Source of the DNA: Gammaproteobacteria bacterium
GTDB taxonomy: Bacteria > Pseudomonadota > Gammaproteobacteria > SZUA-229
Reading direction: 5' to 3'
DNA length: 64,000 nt
Assembly: GCA_030595325.1 (NCBI GenBank)
Contig: JAUVDN010000002.1
Span: 705 to 64,704, forward strand
A program made the position numbers and the translations under genes. This document shows, piece by piece, positions 8,607 to 17,624 of this stretch. Below the pieces are notes generated by a model that saw only the letters and a program-made list of their open reading frames with translations, ran no database searches and was not told the DNA's origin. Within the stretch, counting starts at the first letter, position 1. Each line of letters starts with the position of its first letter.

Positions 8607-9149
8607 TTACTCTTTAGCTTTAAACAAACTTGCGTATTTTTCATAGCCTTCAGTTTTTAACTCTTCTTTTGGCACAAAACGTAACGAAGCGGAGTTAATG
8701 CAGTATCGTAAGCCTGAAGGTTCCGGTCCATCACTAAATACATGGCCTAAGTGTGAGTTGGCATTAGCACTGCGTACTTCAGTACGAGGAAAGATTAAAT
8801 AATAATCCGTTTTTTCTGCGACATTAGCTGATTCCAGTGGCTTATAAAAACTGGGCCAACCGGTTCCAGATTTAAATTTATGTGTTGAAGAAAAAAGCGG
8901 TTCACCGCTTACGACATCGACGTAGATGCCGTCTCTCTTTTCATCCCAGTATTCGTTGCTAAACGGGCGTTCAGTATCATCATTTTGGGTAACAGAATAT
9001 TGTAACGGTGTCAGCTGTTGTTTTAATTCTGAATCTGTCGGTATTATGTAATTACTCAATGAATTTTCTTGTTTGCTGCTGTCGCTGAATGCGTTAGACA
9101 TGCTCAGTACAGATACCATGCAGGTGAGTACAAGAATTAGTTTTTTCAT
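8607..9149 (-). CDS. msrB: Peptide-methionine (R)-S-oxide reductase, exported, single-Cys form
   Basis: GTGWPSF and RYCINS motifs. N-terminal signal peptide [22 protein letters not shown]. The Zn-binding CxxC pairs and the resolving Cys are absent. Confidence 0.88.
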   Translation of the reverse strand: MKKLILVLTCMVSVLSMSNAFSDSSKQENSLSNYIIPTDSELKQQLTPLQYSVTQNDDTERPFSNEYWDEKRDGIYVDVVSGEPLFSSTHKFKSGTGWPSFYKPLESANVAEKTDYYLIFPRTEVRSANANSHLGHVFSDGPEPSGLRYCINSASLRFVPKEELKTEGYEKYASLFKAKE

Positions 9150-9302
9150 AGTTTGCCTGTCGGAGGTTTAAATTGGTTACCGTGTGTGACAGCTAATGGG
9201 ATGAAAAGTTTCGGATATCACTCTGTCTTTAAATATGTGCTGATGACGTAAATTTCAGTTTTACGCGGGGAGTGTTGCAGGCTGGGGTATTCGACAGAAA
9301 AA

Positions 9303-9389
9303 TGGTACCGGAGGCCGGACTTGAACCGGCACTCTATTGCTAGAACGGGATTTTGAATCCCGCGTGTCTACCAATTCCACCACTCCGGC
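9303..9389 (-). tRNA. tRNA-Leu (anticodon CAA), type II with long variable arm, CCA encoded
   Basis: Reverse complement is GCCGGAGTGGTGGAATTGGTAGACACGCGGGATTCAAAATCCCGTTCTAGCAATAGAGTGCCGGTTCAAGTCCGGCCTCCGGTACCA. It folds by hand into a cloverleaf: anticodon stem CGGGA/TCCCG with loop TTCAAAA, variable arm TCTA-GCAA-TAGA, and T arm GCCGG-TTCAAGT-CCGGC. Confidence 0.9.
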
Positions 9390-9468
9390 ATGCTTCGAGG
9401 TGTTAGTGCAGCGCGAATTCTATAGTAAATAACGCTGTGTTAATAGCAGTTATGGCCAATTTGTACGG

Positions 9469-9771
9469 CTATTTTGGAAAGACTTTTTTAAATGGTTTGA
9501 CGGTTACCTTATCGTAAACACCGGCAGCGACATACGGGTCAACATCTGCCCAGCTTGTGGCATCTTCTAAATTATCAAATTCAGCAACCACCAGACTGCC
9601 GCTAAAACCAGATTCACCGGGATCTTCACTGTCAATGGCAGGGTGAGGGCCAGCGAGAATTAAACGTCCTTGTTCCTGCAGAGCGGTCAGGCGTTCCAGA
9701 TGTTCAGGTCTGGCTGCCAGTCTATCTTGCAGACTGTTGGCAACGTCTTGTGCAATGATTGCATATAACAT
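9469..9771 (-). CDS. YciI-family protein
   Basis: 100 aa reading [28 protein letters not shown]...[11 protein letters not shown]...[23 protein letters not shown], the typical YciI pattern. Sits downstream of yciB. Confidence 0.8.
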   Translation of the reverse strand: MLYAIIAQDVANSLQDRLAARPEHLERLTALQEQGRLILAGPHPAIDSEDPGESGFSGSLVVAEFDNLEDATSWADVDPYVAAGVYDKVTVKPFKKVFPK

Positions 9772-10448
9772 TATGCTTTATCTCCATTGTCATCCAAATC
9801 TTTAGTGTCGTCGTCTTTCCCTTTTAAGTCATCTTCAGAGATGTGGCGTGACAGATATAACGCCTGCAGGATAACAAAACCAATAGTGAGTCCCATCAAG
9901 CCGAATAGTTTGAAATTAACCCAGGTATCCATTCTGGCTTCTGGTGTTGCACCGACGTTGTAGTAAAAAGCAACATATAAGTTTGCCGCACCACTGATAA
10001 AAAAGAAGGTGACCCAGGAGAGGTTTAACGTTGACCAGACTTTTTCAGGTAGCTCAATGTGCTCCCCCATCATACGTTGAATAATGGGTCTTTCGCCAAC
10101 GTGCATACTGCCAAGAAAAACACCGGCAAATAACCAGTTCAGTACTGTCGGTTTCCATTGAATAAATGCAGGGTTGCCAAAAAAGATGGTGATACTGCCG
10201 AGTACGGTAATCAGTACCAATGAAAAAATATGCATACGTTCAAATTTGTGTGTTTTGAACCAATGCACGCCGACCTGAATAAAGCTGGCAAGGATGGCCA
10301 TACCGGTTGCAACGATAGTGGCGGCGATAAAATCTGGCTTTGCTGGGTCAATCAGTTGACCGATAAAAGTATTATCAATTAGAAAACTTGCCTGATAATA
10401 ACTAACAAAGAATAGAATAATTGGAAAAAAATCAAATAGTAACTTCAT
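9771..10448 (-). CDS. yciB: Intracellular septation protein A (YciB/IspZ) with acidic C-terminal extension
   Basis: [19 protein letters not shown]-terminus, multiple TM segments, and a C-terminal tail [20 protein letters not shown]. Confidence 0.85.
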   Translation of the reverse strand: MKLLFDFFPIILFFVSYYQASFLIDNTFIGQLIDPAKPDFIAATIVATGMAILASFIQVGVHWFKTHKFERMHIFSLVLITVLGSITIFFGNPAFIQWKPTVLNWLFAGVFLGSMHVGERPIIQRMMGEHIELPEKVWSTLNLSWVTFFFISGAANLYVAFYYNVGATPEARMDTWVNFKLFGLMGLTIGFVILQALYLSRHISEDDLKGKDDDTKDLDDNGDKA

Positions 10449-10522
10449 TATCTTAATGTGTTTTATTGGCTTGGTGTTAGCCTTGCTGTTTATCGAAGGC
10501 TGGCATTATACCGAACTTCGTT

Positions 10523-10658
10523 AATGAATAATGAATAATGAGCAGTGAAGAATAGAAAGAATTTTTATCGCTGGTTTTACATAATTTGTTATTGGTAAAA
10601 TATCAGTAAGTGATATTTTTGTTTTTAATTGTTAATTATTCACTATTCATTTTTCATT
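10523..10658. repeat. Second inverted pair of NTGAATA heptamer arrays
   Basis: Left arm 10523-10563 is aatgaataatgaataatgagcagtgaagaatagaaagaatt. Right arm 10634-10658 is aattattcactattcatttttcatt, whose reverse complement is aatgaaaaatgaatagtgaataatt. Confidence 0.65.
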
Positions 10659-10686
10659 AATTTTTCACAACGTGTAAAATTCCCCC

Positions 10687-11304
10687 ATGAGTCAGTATTT
10701 TGAAATCCATCCGGAAAATCCACAAAAGCGTCTAATAAAACAAGCGGTAGATATTATTCATAAGGGTGGGGTGATTGTCTATCCAACGGATTCCAGCTAC
10801 GCACTGGGCTGTCATATCGGCGATAAAAACGCGGTTGAGCGGCTACGGCGGATTCGACAGATTGATGATAAACATAACTTAACGCTGGTCTGTCGTGATC
10901 TGTCTGAAATTGCGACCTATGCAAAAATTGAAAATACGGATTATCGTCTGCTCAAGTCATTAACACCGGGTCCATATACCTTCATCCTTCCTGCGACTAG
11001 CGAGGTTCCTCGTCGTTTGATGCACCCGAAGCGCAGACATATCGGGCTACGTGTTATGAATCATCCGGTGGTGAACGAGCTGCTTGATGAACTGGGTCAG
11101 CCGTTGATTAGCTGTACTCTGGTGATGCCGGGCGAGGAATTGCCGGTTACTGAGGCCGAAGATGTCCGTTCCATGCTGGAAAAGCATGTTGACCTGATTA
11201 TCGATGGTGGTCATTGCGGTATCGAACCAACCACGGTAATTCGATTGACCGATGGTATCCCTGATATCAGGCGTCATGGTAAGGGTAAAGACCATGGGCT
11301 TTAA
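10687..11304 (+). CDS. yciO: L-threonylcarbamoyladenylate synthase-like protein, YciO subfamily
   Basis: MSQYFEIHPENPQKRLIKQAVDIIHKGGVIVYPTDSSYALGCHIGDKNAVERL is near-colinear with E. coli YciO as I recall it. Confidence 0.85.
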   Translation: MSQYFEIHPENPQKRLIKQAVDIIHKGGVIVYPTDSSYALGCHIGDKNAVERLRRIRQIDDKHNLTLVCRDLSEIATYAKIENTDYRLLKSLTPGPYTFILPATSEVPRRLMHPKRRHIGLRVMNHPVVNELLDELGQPLISCTLVMPGEELPVTEAEDVRSMLEKHVDLIIDGGHCGIEPTTVIRLTDGIPDIRRHGKGKDHGL

Positions 11305-11317
11305 ACAGCCCATGGTC

Positions 11318-11342
11318 AATGAATAATGAAAAGTGAATAATT
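11318..11342. repeat. Solo copy of the heptamer-array arm
   Basis: aatgaataatgaaaagtgaataatt, 14 nt after the yciO stop. Same terminal sequence (GTGAATAATT) as the arms at 1603-1634 and 10634-10658 (rc). Confidence 0.55.
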
Positions 11343-11530
11343 AAAAAACTCCAGCTAGAACAGTAGGTCAGCATAAGCGGTAGCGTTGCTGGCGATGGTG
11401 TGCAGCATGACGATGCCTGAAATGGCAGAGCCTTAATTCAGGCCTGCAATTTTTAACTGCTCAAACTTATTTTTAAGGTGTAAACTGCGCCCTGTAAAAT
11501 AATTAACAACAAGTTTCTTTATACTATTAG

Positions 11531-12184
11531 ATGTCTTCAATCCCTGATATTGCCTATACCATCGCTGTTTGGGCTGCTCCTATATTATTTGCTATCACTT
11601 TGCATGAAGCGGCGCATGGCTGGGTTGCCAATAAGTTAGGTGACCCCACAGCAAAAAATCTGGGGAGAATTACGATAAACCCTATAAAACATATCGATCC
11701 CATGGGGACGGTAGTTGTACCGCTATTTCTAGCGATGGTGAGCCCGTTTGTTATGGGGTGGGCAAAACCCGTTCCGGTGCAACCTCGTTACTTTAAATCA
11801 CCGCTGCTAGACATGGCGCTGGTTGCTGTAGCTGGCCCTGTATCAAATTTTGTCATGGCTTGCATCTGGGCAATGCTCGTCAAGCTGGCCTATATGTCTT
11901 TGGATCACTCACCATTGCTGACTTTCCTGACCGAGATGTGCAGGAACGGTATTATTATTAATATCGTGCTGATGGTGCTGAACTTGCTTCCGATTCCGCC
12001 TTTAGATGGTGGCCGGGTGGTCGCGGGTATCTTGCCCAAGCCTATACTGGCGCCTTACATGCAGCTGGAACGCTATGGCATGATTATTATATTGTTGTTA
12101 CTTGTTAGTGGTTTACTCGGTAAGGTATTGTGGCCATTGGTGCAGCATTTCGTCAAACTGGTTGGTTTTATTTTTGGACTTTAA
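11531..12184 (+). CDS. Site-2 protease family (M50) membrane metalloprotease
   Basis: HEAAHG (HExxH) in the first TM region, a polytopic profile, and NLLPIPPLDGG, the conserved second metal-ligand motif region. Confidence 0.8.
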   Translation: MSSIPDIAYTIAVWAAPILFAITLHEAAHGWVANKLGDPTAKNLGRITINPIKHIDPMGTVVVPLFLAMVSPFVMGWAKPVPVQPRYFKSPLLDMALVAVAGPVSNFVMACIWAMLVKLAYMSLDHSPLLTFLTEMCRNGIIINIVLMVLNLLPIPPLDGGRVVAGILPKPILAPYMQLERYGMIIILLLLVSGLLGKVLWPLVQHFVKLVGFIFGL

Positions 12185-12212
12185 AATAGATTTTAATGAG
12201 GGTTAGAGCGTC

Positions 12213-13430
12213 TTGAATACAGTAGTTACTCAACATAAACGTGTGTTATCAGGCATGCGACCGACAGGTCGTTTGCACCTGGGGCATTATCATGGTGTGC
12301 TGAAAAACTGGGTAAAGTTACAGCATGAATATGAATGTTTCTTTTTTGTAGCTGACTGGCATGCCTTAACCACGCACTACGAAGACCCGTCGATTATCGA
12401 GCAAAGCACCTGGGAAATGGTAGTCGACTGGCTGGCTGCTGGTATCAGCCCAGGCTCGGCTAAATTGTTTTTGCAGTCTAAAGTGCCTGAGCATGCTGAG
12501 TTGCATACATTATTATCGATGATCACGCCGCTGAGCTGGTTGGAGCGGGTGCCAACCTATAAAGATCAACAGGCAAAGCTCAAAGAAAAGGATCTGGCAA
12601 CGTATGGCTTTCTGGGCTACCCCTTACTGCAGAGTGCAGATATTCTGGTCTATAAAGCAGGAATGGTACCTGTCGGTGAGGATCAGGTGGCTCATGTTGA
12701 ACTAACTCGTGAAGTGGCTCGCCGGTTTAATCACCTTTATGGTCGCGAGCCGGGCTTTAAAGAAAAAGCCAAACAGGCAGCAGCCAAGATGGGCAAGAAA
12801 AATGCCCGTATGTTTTTTCAGTACAGAAAAAGTTATCAGGAACAAGGTGATGCAGAGGCGTTAAGTGTGGCAAAAGCCTTGCTCGATTCACAGCAAAATA
12901 TTTCGATAGGCGATAAAGAGCGGTTATTCGGTTATCTGGAAGGCTCGGGTAAAATAATTTTGCCGGAGCCACAGGCATTGTTAACCCCTGCATCTAAAAT
13001 GCCTGGTCTGGACGGTCAAAAAATGTCCAAGTCATATAATAATACCATCGCATTGCGCGATGATATGGACACTGTTGCCAACAAATTGCGCACTATGCCG
13101 ACGGATCCTGCAAGAGTGCGACGCACTGATCCGGGTGACCCGAAAAAATGCCCAGTGTGGAAATTTCATGAAGTTTATTCTAACGATGAAACACGTGACT
13201 GGGTGAAAAATGGCTGCACCAGTGCTTCCATTGGCTGTGTAGAGTGCAAGCAGCCGGTCATTGACGCGGTGATCGCCGAATTGAAACCCATGCAGGAACG
13301 GGCGAAAGAATATGAAGATGATATCACTACGGTAAAAGCTATCATTGAAGAAGGAAATGAAGCCGCAAGAGAGGTTGCTCGTGATACACTGGAAGACGTC
13401 AGAAAAGCGATGGGCATCGCTTACATATAA
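12213..13430 (+). CDS. trpS: Tryptophan--tRNA ligase (long form)
   Basis: The HIGH-type motif (PTGRLHLGHYHG), KMSKS and overall class I layout are present. TTG start at 12213 with GAGGG 10 nt upstream. Confidence 0.9.
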   Translation: MNTVVTQHKRVLSGMRPTGRLHLGHYHGVLKNWVKLQHEYECFFFVADWHALTTHYEDPSIIEQSTWEMVVDWLAAGISPGSAKLFLQSKVPEHAELHTLLSMITPLSWLERVPTYKDQQAKLKEKDLATYGFLGYPLLQSADILVYKAGMVPVGEDQVAHVELTREVARRFNHLYGREPGFKEKAKQAAAKMGKKNARMFFQYRKSYQEQGDAEALSVAKALLDSQQNISIGDKERLFGYLEGSGKIILPEPQALLTPASKMPGLDGQKMSKSYNNTIALRDDMDTVANKLRTMPTDPARVRRTDPGDPKKCPVWKFHEVYSNDETRDWVKNGCTSASIGCVECKQPVIDAVIAELKPMQERAKEYEDDITTVKAIIEEGNEAAREVARDTLEDVRKAMGIAYI

Positions 13431-13474
13431 AAATAGCGCTTTTGATAAGCGGTTATGGTGAACAACTGAGTAAT

Positions 13475-14404
13475 ATGGCTAATCCAGATATACAGGAAAC
13501 CCAGCGACAAGAACAGCTGGAGAAGCAGGCTGACAGCGCTCAAGCTGAACAACAGCAGGGAAAAGTAACTAAAAAGGATGAGATTGCGGCACAGGTTTCC
13601 GGTCAGGGCGAGATGCCGTTTGCATTAATTCAGGGCGAACCACTAACCGTTATTCCGCAAGATCTGTATATCCCACCGAATGCTCTGGAAGTTATTCTTG
13701 AAGCGTTCGAAGGCCCTTTAGATTTACTTCTGTACCTGATTAAACGTCAGAATATCGATATTCTTGAGATTCCACTGGAAGATACCACTCGTCAGTACAT
13801 GCAGTACATCGACCTGATGCAGAACTTAAAGATCGAGCTGGCATCAGAGTATCTGTTGATGGCGGCCATGCTTGCAGAAATTAAATCTCGCATGTTGTTG
13901 CCAAGGCCTGCTGAAAGTGAAGATGAAGATGATCCACGTGCTGAATTGATTCGTCGTTTACAGGAATATGAACGATTTAAAGAAGCTGCACAGAATATTG
14001 ACGAGTTGCCACGTGTAAATCGTGAAATACACCTAACTAATGTCGAGCTTCCTGAAATACATCAGGATAAACCGATGCCAGAAGTAGATTTGCGAGACCT
14101 GCTGTTTGCGTTTAAAGATGCAATGGGTCGTGCAGAAATGTACAGTCACCATCATATTCAACGTGAAGCTTTATCGGTGCGTGAACGCATGAGTAGTGTG
14201 CTTGATGCTATCAGTGCAGATGGATTTACCAGTTACACCAGCTTGTTCAGCATTGAAGAAGGACGCCGTGGCGTGGTGGTAACTTTGCTGGCGGTACTAG
14301 AACTGGTGAAAGAGCAGTTGATTGATCTTGTGCAATCAGAAGCCTTTGCACCTATTCATTTAAAAGCAGTTGGTTCTGAAAATGCGTTACCCAATGATAG
14401 TTAA
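13475..14404 (+). CDS. scpA: Segregation and condensation protein A (kleisin)
   Basis: FEGPLDLLLYLIKRQNIDILEIPL motif. Followed by scpB. The ATG at 13475 is preferred over the TTG at 13442 given in the track. Confidence 0.85.
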   Translation: MANPDIQETQRQEQLEKQADSAQAEQQQGKVTKKDEIAAQVSGQGEMPFALIQGEPLTVIPQDLYIPPNALEVILEAFEGPLDLLLYLIKRQNIDILEIPLEDTTRQYMQYIDLMQNLKIELASEYLLMAAMLAEIKSRMLLPRPAESEDEDDPRAELIRRLQEYERFKEAAQNIDELPRVNREIHLTNVELPEIHQDKPMPEVDLRDLLFAFKDAMGRAEMYSHHHIQREALSVRERMSSVLDAISADGFTSYTSLFSIEEGRRGVVVTLLAVLELVKEQLIDLVQSEAFAPIHLKAVGSENALPNDS

Positions 14405-14480
14405 AGCGATAGTTAAATCTACTTGTTAAGTAGAGTGTTAATTAGGCAACAACCATTTAGAAAATAATTATTAATACAGA

Positions 14481-14555
14481 ATAATTAAAGCAGCAATAAT
14501 TAAAACAGCAGTAATTAAAACAGCAATAATTAAAACAGCAATAATTAAGAAAGCA
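14481..14555. repeat. 15-nt tandem repeat x5 (ATAATTAAARCAGCA) in the scpA-scpB spacer
   Basis: Units at 14481, 14496, 14511, 14526 and 14541: ataattaaagcagca / ataattaaaacagca / gtaattaaaacagca / ataattaaaacagca / ataattaagaaagca. A 12-nt duplication gatagttaaagc/gatagttaaatc at 14396-14419 spans the scpA stop. Confidence 0.9.
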
Positions 14556-14590
14556 ACAACCGCCGAACTTAAAAAGCTTGAGGCTATGTC

Positions 14591-15433
14591 ATGGAAATAA
14601 AAAAACTTAAAAATATTCTTGAAGCAGTACTGCTGGCAGCTGAACGCACTTTAACCGTAATTCAATTAGAAGCATTATTTGAACTTGATGAAGAGCGCCC
14701 GACTCGTGATGAAGTGCGTAAAGCACTACATGAGATGGAAGAAGATTTTGCACCCCGTGGCTTTGAATTAAAACATGTAGCAAGTGGTTACCGTTTACAG
14801 GTGAAGCAGGAATTTGCTACCTGGGTTGGCCGTCTATGGGAAGAAAAGCCAGCGCGTTACACCAGGGCGTTATTAGAAACGATGGCGTTGATTGCATACC
14901 GTCAACCGATTACACGTGGTGAAATCGAAGAAGTCCGTGGCGTAAGTGTTAGTTCTAATATTATTAAAACCTTACTCGAGCGTGACTGGATTAAAGTGCT
15001 GGGTCATAAAGATGTTCCTGGAAAACCTACGCTATACGGAACAACAAAAGAATTTTTGGATTATTTCAATCTGCAAAAACTGGATGAATTGCCAACACTG
15101 GCTGAGATAAAAGACCTGGACAGTATTCATCCGGAACTAGAACTTGATGAAGATGTTGCAGCTAAAGATTCTGATGGTGCTGACACTGATGAATCAGGAG
15201 CCAATGACTCGGAAGTTAATGATGAAGCGGCGAACGATTCTGCAATGGGCGCGGATGATAAGAAACAGGTCGAAGCAGGCGAAGAGATTAATTCTGCAGA
15301 CGATGTTGTTGATGCAGTTGAAGCGGTATCTGCAGACGTATCTTCAGAAGCAGGTCAGTCACATACTTCTGAAGAAAAATCTGAGATTGATAACGCTATC
15401 GAAGAATCGGAAAAAGCAGCGTTCAACGTATAA
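14591..15433 (+). CDS. scpB: Segregation and condensation protein B with acidic C-terminal tail
   Basis: ILEAVLLAAERTLTVIQL...ALIAYRQPITRGEIEEVRGV...LGHKDVPGKPTLYGTTKEFLDYFNL is the ScpB winged-helix pattern. Tail is D/E/A/S-rich. Confidence 0.85.
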   Translation: MEIKKLKNILEAVLLAAERTLTVIQLEALFELDEERPTRDEVRKALHEMEEDFAPRGFELKHVASGYRLQVKQEFATWVGRLWEEKPARYTRALLETMALIAYRQPITRGEIEEVRGVSVSSNIIKTLLERDWIKVLGHKDVPGKPTLYGTTKEFLDYFNLQKLDELPTLAEIKDLDSIHPELELDEDVAAKDSDGADTDESGANDSEVNDEAANDSAMGADDKKQVEAGEEINSADDVVDAVEAVSADVSSEAGQSHTSEEKSEIDNAIEESEKAAFNV

Positions 15434-15499
15434 TTACGTTATCTAGTCAGACGCTATTGTTTTAATCACTGTTACTAAAAAAATGATCAAGTCCCTCTG

Positions 15500-16438
15500 A
15501 TGTCTGAAAAACACATTCCACCTGATAACGAAAAAGGAGAGCGCATTCAAAAGGCGCTGGCACGTATGGGTTACGGTTCGCGCCGTGAGATCGAGCGCTT
15601 AATTGGGGAAAATAAAATACGTATTAATGGTCAACCTGCTAAATTAGGTGACCATGTAAAAGCAGGTGACAAAGTTAATATCGGCAATCGTCGTGCTGTC
15701 ATCAGTTCCGAAGTCAATCGGATCCGTGTTCTTATCTACAACAAGCCTGAGGGTGAAATCTGTACTCAAAAAGATGAACAGGGACGAAAGACTGTTTTTG
15801 AGAGCATTGGAAAAATAAATAATGGTCGTTGGATCAGTGTTGGCCGTCTTGATATTAATTCCAGTGGTTTATTATTGTTTACCAATTATGGCGAGTTAGC
15901 GAATCATCTGATGCATCCATCGAGTGAAATAGAGCGCGAATATGCGGTAAGAGTTAATGGCGTGGTAACGGATGATGCGGTAAAGAACTTATTGAAAGGT
16001 GTCGAACTCGAAGATGGTTTTTCTAAATTTGACACCATTACCGACAGTGGTGGGCAAGGTGCAAACCATTGGTATCATGTTACCCTGAAAGAAGGAAAGA
16101 ACCGGGAAGTGCGACGTCTCTGGCAATCGCAGGATGTAAGAGTCAGCCGCTTAACACGTGTGCGATATGCAAATCTGTCGTTACCACGTACATTAAAAGT
16201 AGGCAGAAAAGTTGAGTTGTCACTGGATGAAGTAAAATCCTTGTTTGAATTTGTGAAGCTGGATTGGCCGGAGTCTCGTGACGAAAAATCCAAGGAATTA
16301 AGAAACAAAGCTAAAAAAACATCGATAAAGCAGCATCTATATGGCAATCAATCGCAGCCTAAATCTACGGGTAGCAGAAATAAAGCCGGCTTGAGAAAGA
16401 AGCCAAAGTCAGTACAATCTAAAGCTAAGAAGAAGTAA
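15500..16438 (+). CDS. rluB: 23S rRNA pseudouridine(2605) synthase
   Basis: S4 domain (RIQKALARMGYGSRREIERLI), GRLDINSSGLLLFTNYGELANHLMHPS and REYAVRV motifs, and a Lys-rich tail. Colinear with E. coli RluB. Confidence 0.9.
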   Translation: MSEKHIPPDNEKGERIQKALARMGYGSRREIERLIGENKIRINGQPAKLGDHVKAGDKVNIGNRRAVISSEVNRIRVLIYNKPEGEICTQKDEQGRKTVFESIGKINNGRWISVGRLDINSSGLLLFTNYGELANHLMHPSSEIEREYAVRVNGVVTDDAVKNLLKGVELEDGFSKFDTITDSGGQGANHWYHVTLKEGKNREVRRLWQSQDVRVSRLTRVRYANLSLPRTLKVGRKVELSLDEVKSLFEFVKLDWPESRDEKSKELRNKAKKTSIKQHLYGNQSQPKSTGSRNKAGLRKKPKSVQSKAKKK

Positions 16439-16521
16439 ACAATGTGAAATAAACGTAGTTTCAACATACGTTGTATATTGTATATCTTGTCTATCTAATC
16501 AACTAAATTCTTGGAGAAAAT

Positions 16522-17568
16522 ATGAAAACAATTAATGTTTTAGTTTTTGTATTCCTCGTTTCACTGTGTAACCCGACTGTTGTAATTGCTAAGTCTGAGG
16601 GTGAGTTAAGTGCTGGCATGGTGAATCCAGGCCATGAAGAGCACCCGTCCTGGTTCAAGGTGTCCTTCCTCGATCTATTCGAAGATGTCGAGGATGCAGC
16701 AGATAATAATAAGCGTTTGATGATCTATTATTATCAGGATGGTTGCCCATACTGTAAAAAACTTCTGCAAGATAATTTTTCTCAGCGAAAGATATCTGAT
16801 AAAGCTAAAAAATATTTTGACGTGGTATCGATAAATCTTTGGGGTGATAAAGAAGTTACTGTTGGTGATAAAACTTATACTGAAAAAGAGTTTGCTGAAG
16901 CGCTAAAGGTTCAATATACCCCGACACTATTATTTTTTGATGAAAACAAAAAAATAATCTTCCGTGCAAATGGTTATTACCCGCCTGAAAAATTTAGTGC
17001 ATTACTAGATTATACCGGTAGCAAGAAAAATGCCGAGTCAAGTTATCAGGCGTATATGGCTAAGGTGAGTCCGCAGCCTTCAACAGGACGTCTTCATGAT
17101 GATATCAATAGTGTTTTATCAGTATCTGACCTGTCCAGTGCAGGGTCAGTAAATAAAAATAAGTATACACTGGTCATGTTTGAACAGAAAAAATGTAATA
17201 CCTGTGATGAGCTTCACCTTGATATCTTAAAGCGAAGAGAGAGTGTTGATTTGTTAGCAAGGTTTAATGTGGCGGTCGTTGACATGTGGTCTAATAAATC
17301 CGTTATCACACCATCGGGTGAAAAGTTAAAGCTACAGGAATGGGCTAAAAAACTAGATATTAAATATGCACCAAGTTTAGTGTTTTTTGATGATATGGGT
17401 ACTGAGGTGTTTCGAGCAGATGCCTATCTGAAAGCTTTTCACACGCAATCTGTTATGGATTATGTATCTACCGGTACATATAAAACACAGAGTAATTTTC
17501 AGCGTTATATTGATAAACGCGCCGATCATCTGCGTGAGCAGGGAATTGAAGTCAACCTGATGGAATAA
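16522..17568 (+). CDS. Exported protein with two thioredoxin-fold modules (CPYC and CNTC)
   Basis: Signal peptide MKTINVLVFVFLVSLCNPTVVIA. Two CxxC contexts, YYYQDGCPYCKKL and FEQKKCNTCDEL, are each followed by a YTPTLLFF / YAPSLVFF thioredoxin-like strand. Confidence 0.6.
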   Translation: MKTINVLVFVFLVSLCNPTVVIAKSEGELSAGMVNPGHEEHPSWFKVSFLDLFEDVEDAADNNKRLMIYYYQDGCPYCKKLLQDNFSQRKISDKAKKYFDVVSINLWGDKEVTVGDKTYTEKEFAEALKVQYTPTLLFFDENKKIIFRANGYYPPEKFSALLDYTGSKKNAESSYQAYMAKVSPQPSTGRLHDDINSVLSVSDLSSAGSVNKNKYTLVMFEQKKCNTCDELHLDILKRRESVDLLARFNVAVVDMWSNKSVITPSGEKLKLQEWAKKLDIKYAPSLVFFDDMGTEVFRADAYLKAFHTQSVMDYVSTGTYKTQSNFQRYIDKRADHLREQGIEVNLME

Positions 17569-17624
17569 TTAATGAATCTACAGATGAACCAATTTTTGCA
17601 TCAATTTATGGGCTAAGACGAACG

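Noticed and set aside
1-9389. Genomic island bounded by the recombinase and tRNA-Leu
   Set aside because: The interval contains the conserved housekeeping block yffB-dapD-dapC plus msrB. Only 1-4638 looks accessory, and no direct repeat of the tRNA 3' end was seen near the recombinase.
11351-11455. Possible small RNA with hairpin gcctgaa...ttcaggc (11415-11443) followed by a T-run, between yciO and the M50 protease gene
   Set aside because: The stem is only 7 bp with a 15-nt loop, and the T-run is displaced by 7 nt. There is no promoter evidence. It is too weak to call without expression or conservation data.
12757-12993. TrpRS insertion (about 70 residues between the HIGH and KMSKS regions) as a novel domain
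   Set aside because: Long-form TrpRS enzymes with an insertion at this position are common in gammaproteobacteria such as pseudomonads. The antisense ORF here is a shadow.
14481-14555. Possible CRISPR array (also 26611-26666, 49692-49740, 63335-63433)
   Set aside because: Units are only 13-15 nt and directly abut each other with no unique spacers. No cas genes are present. These are simple tandem repeats.
15144-15446. 100-aa + strand ORF overlapping the scpB 3' end
   Set aside because: It is an alternative frame of the acidic low-complexity tail of ScpB and has implausible composition (M/K/L/Q-rich).
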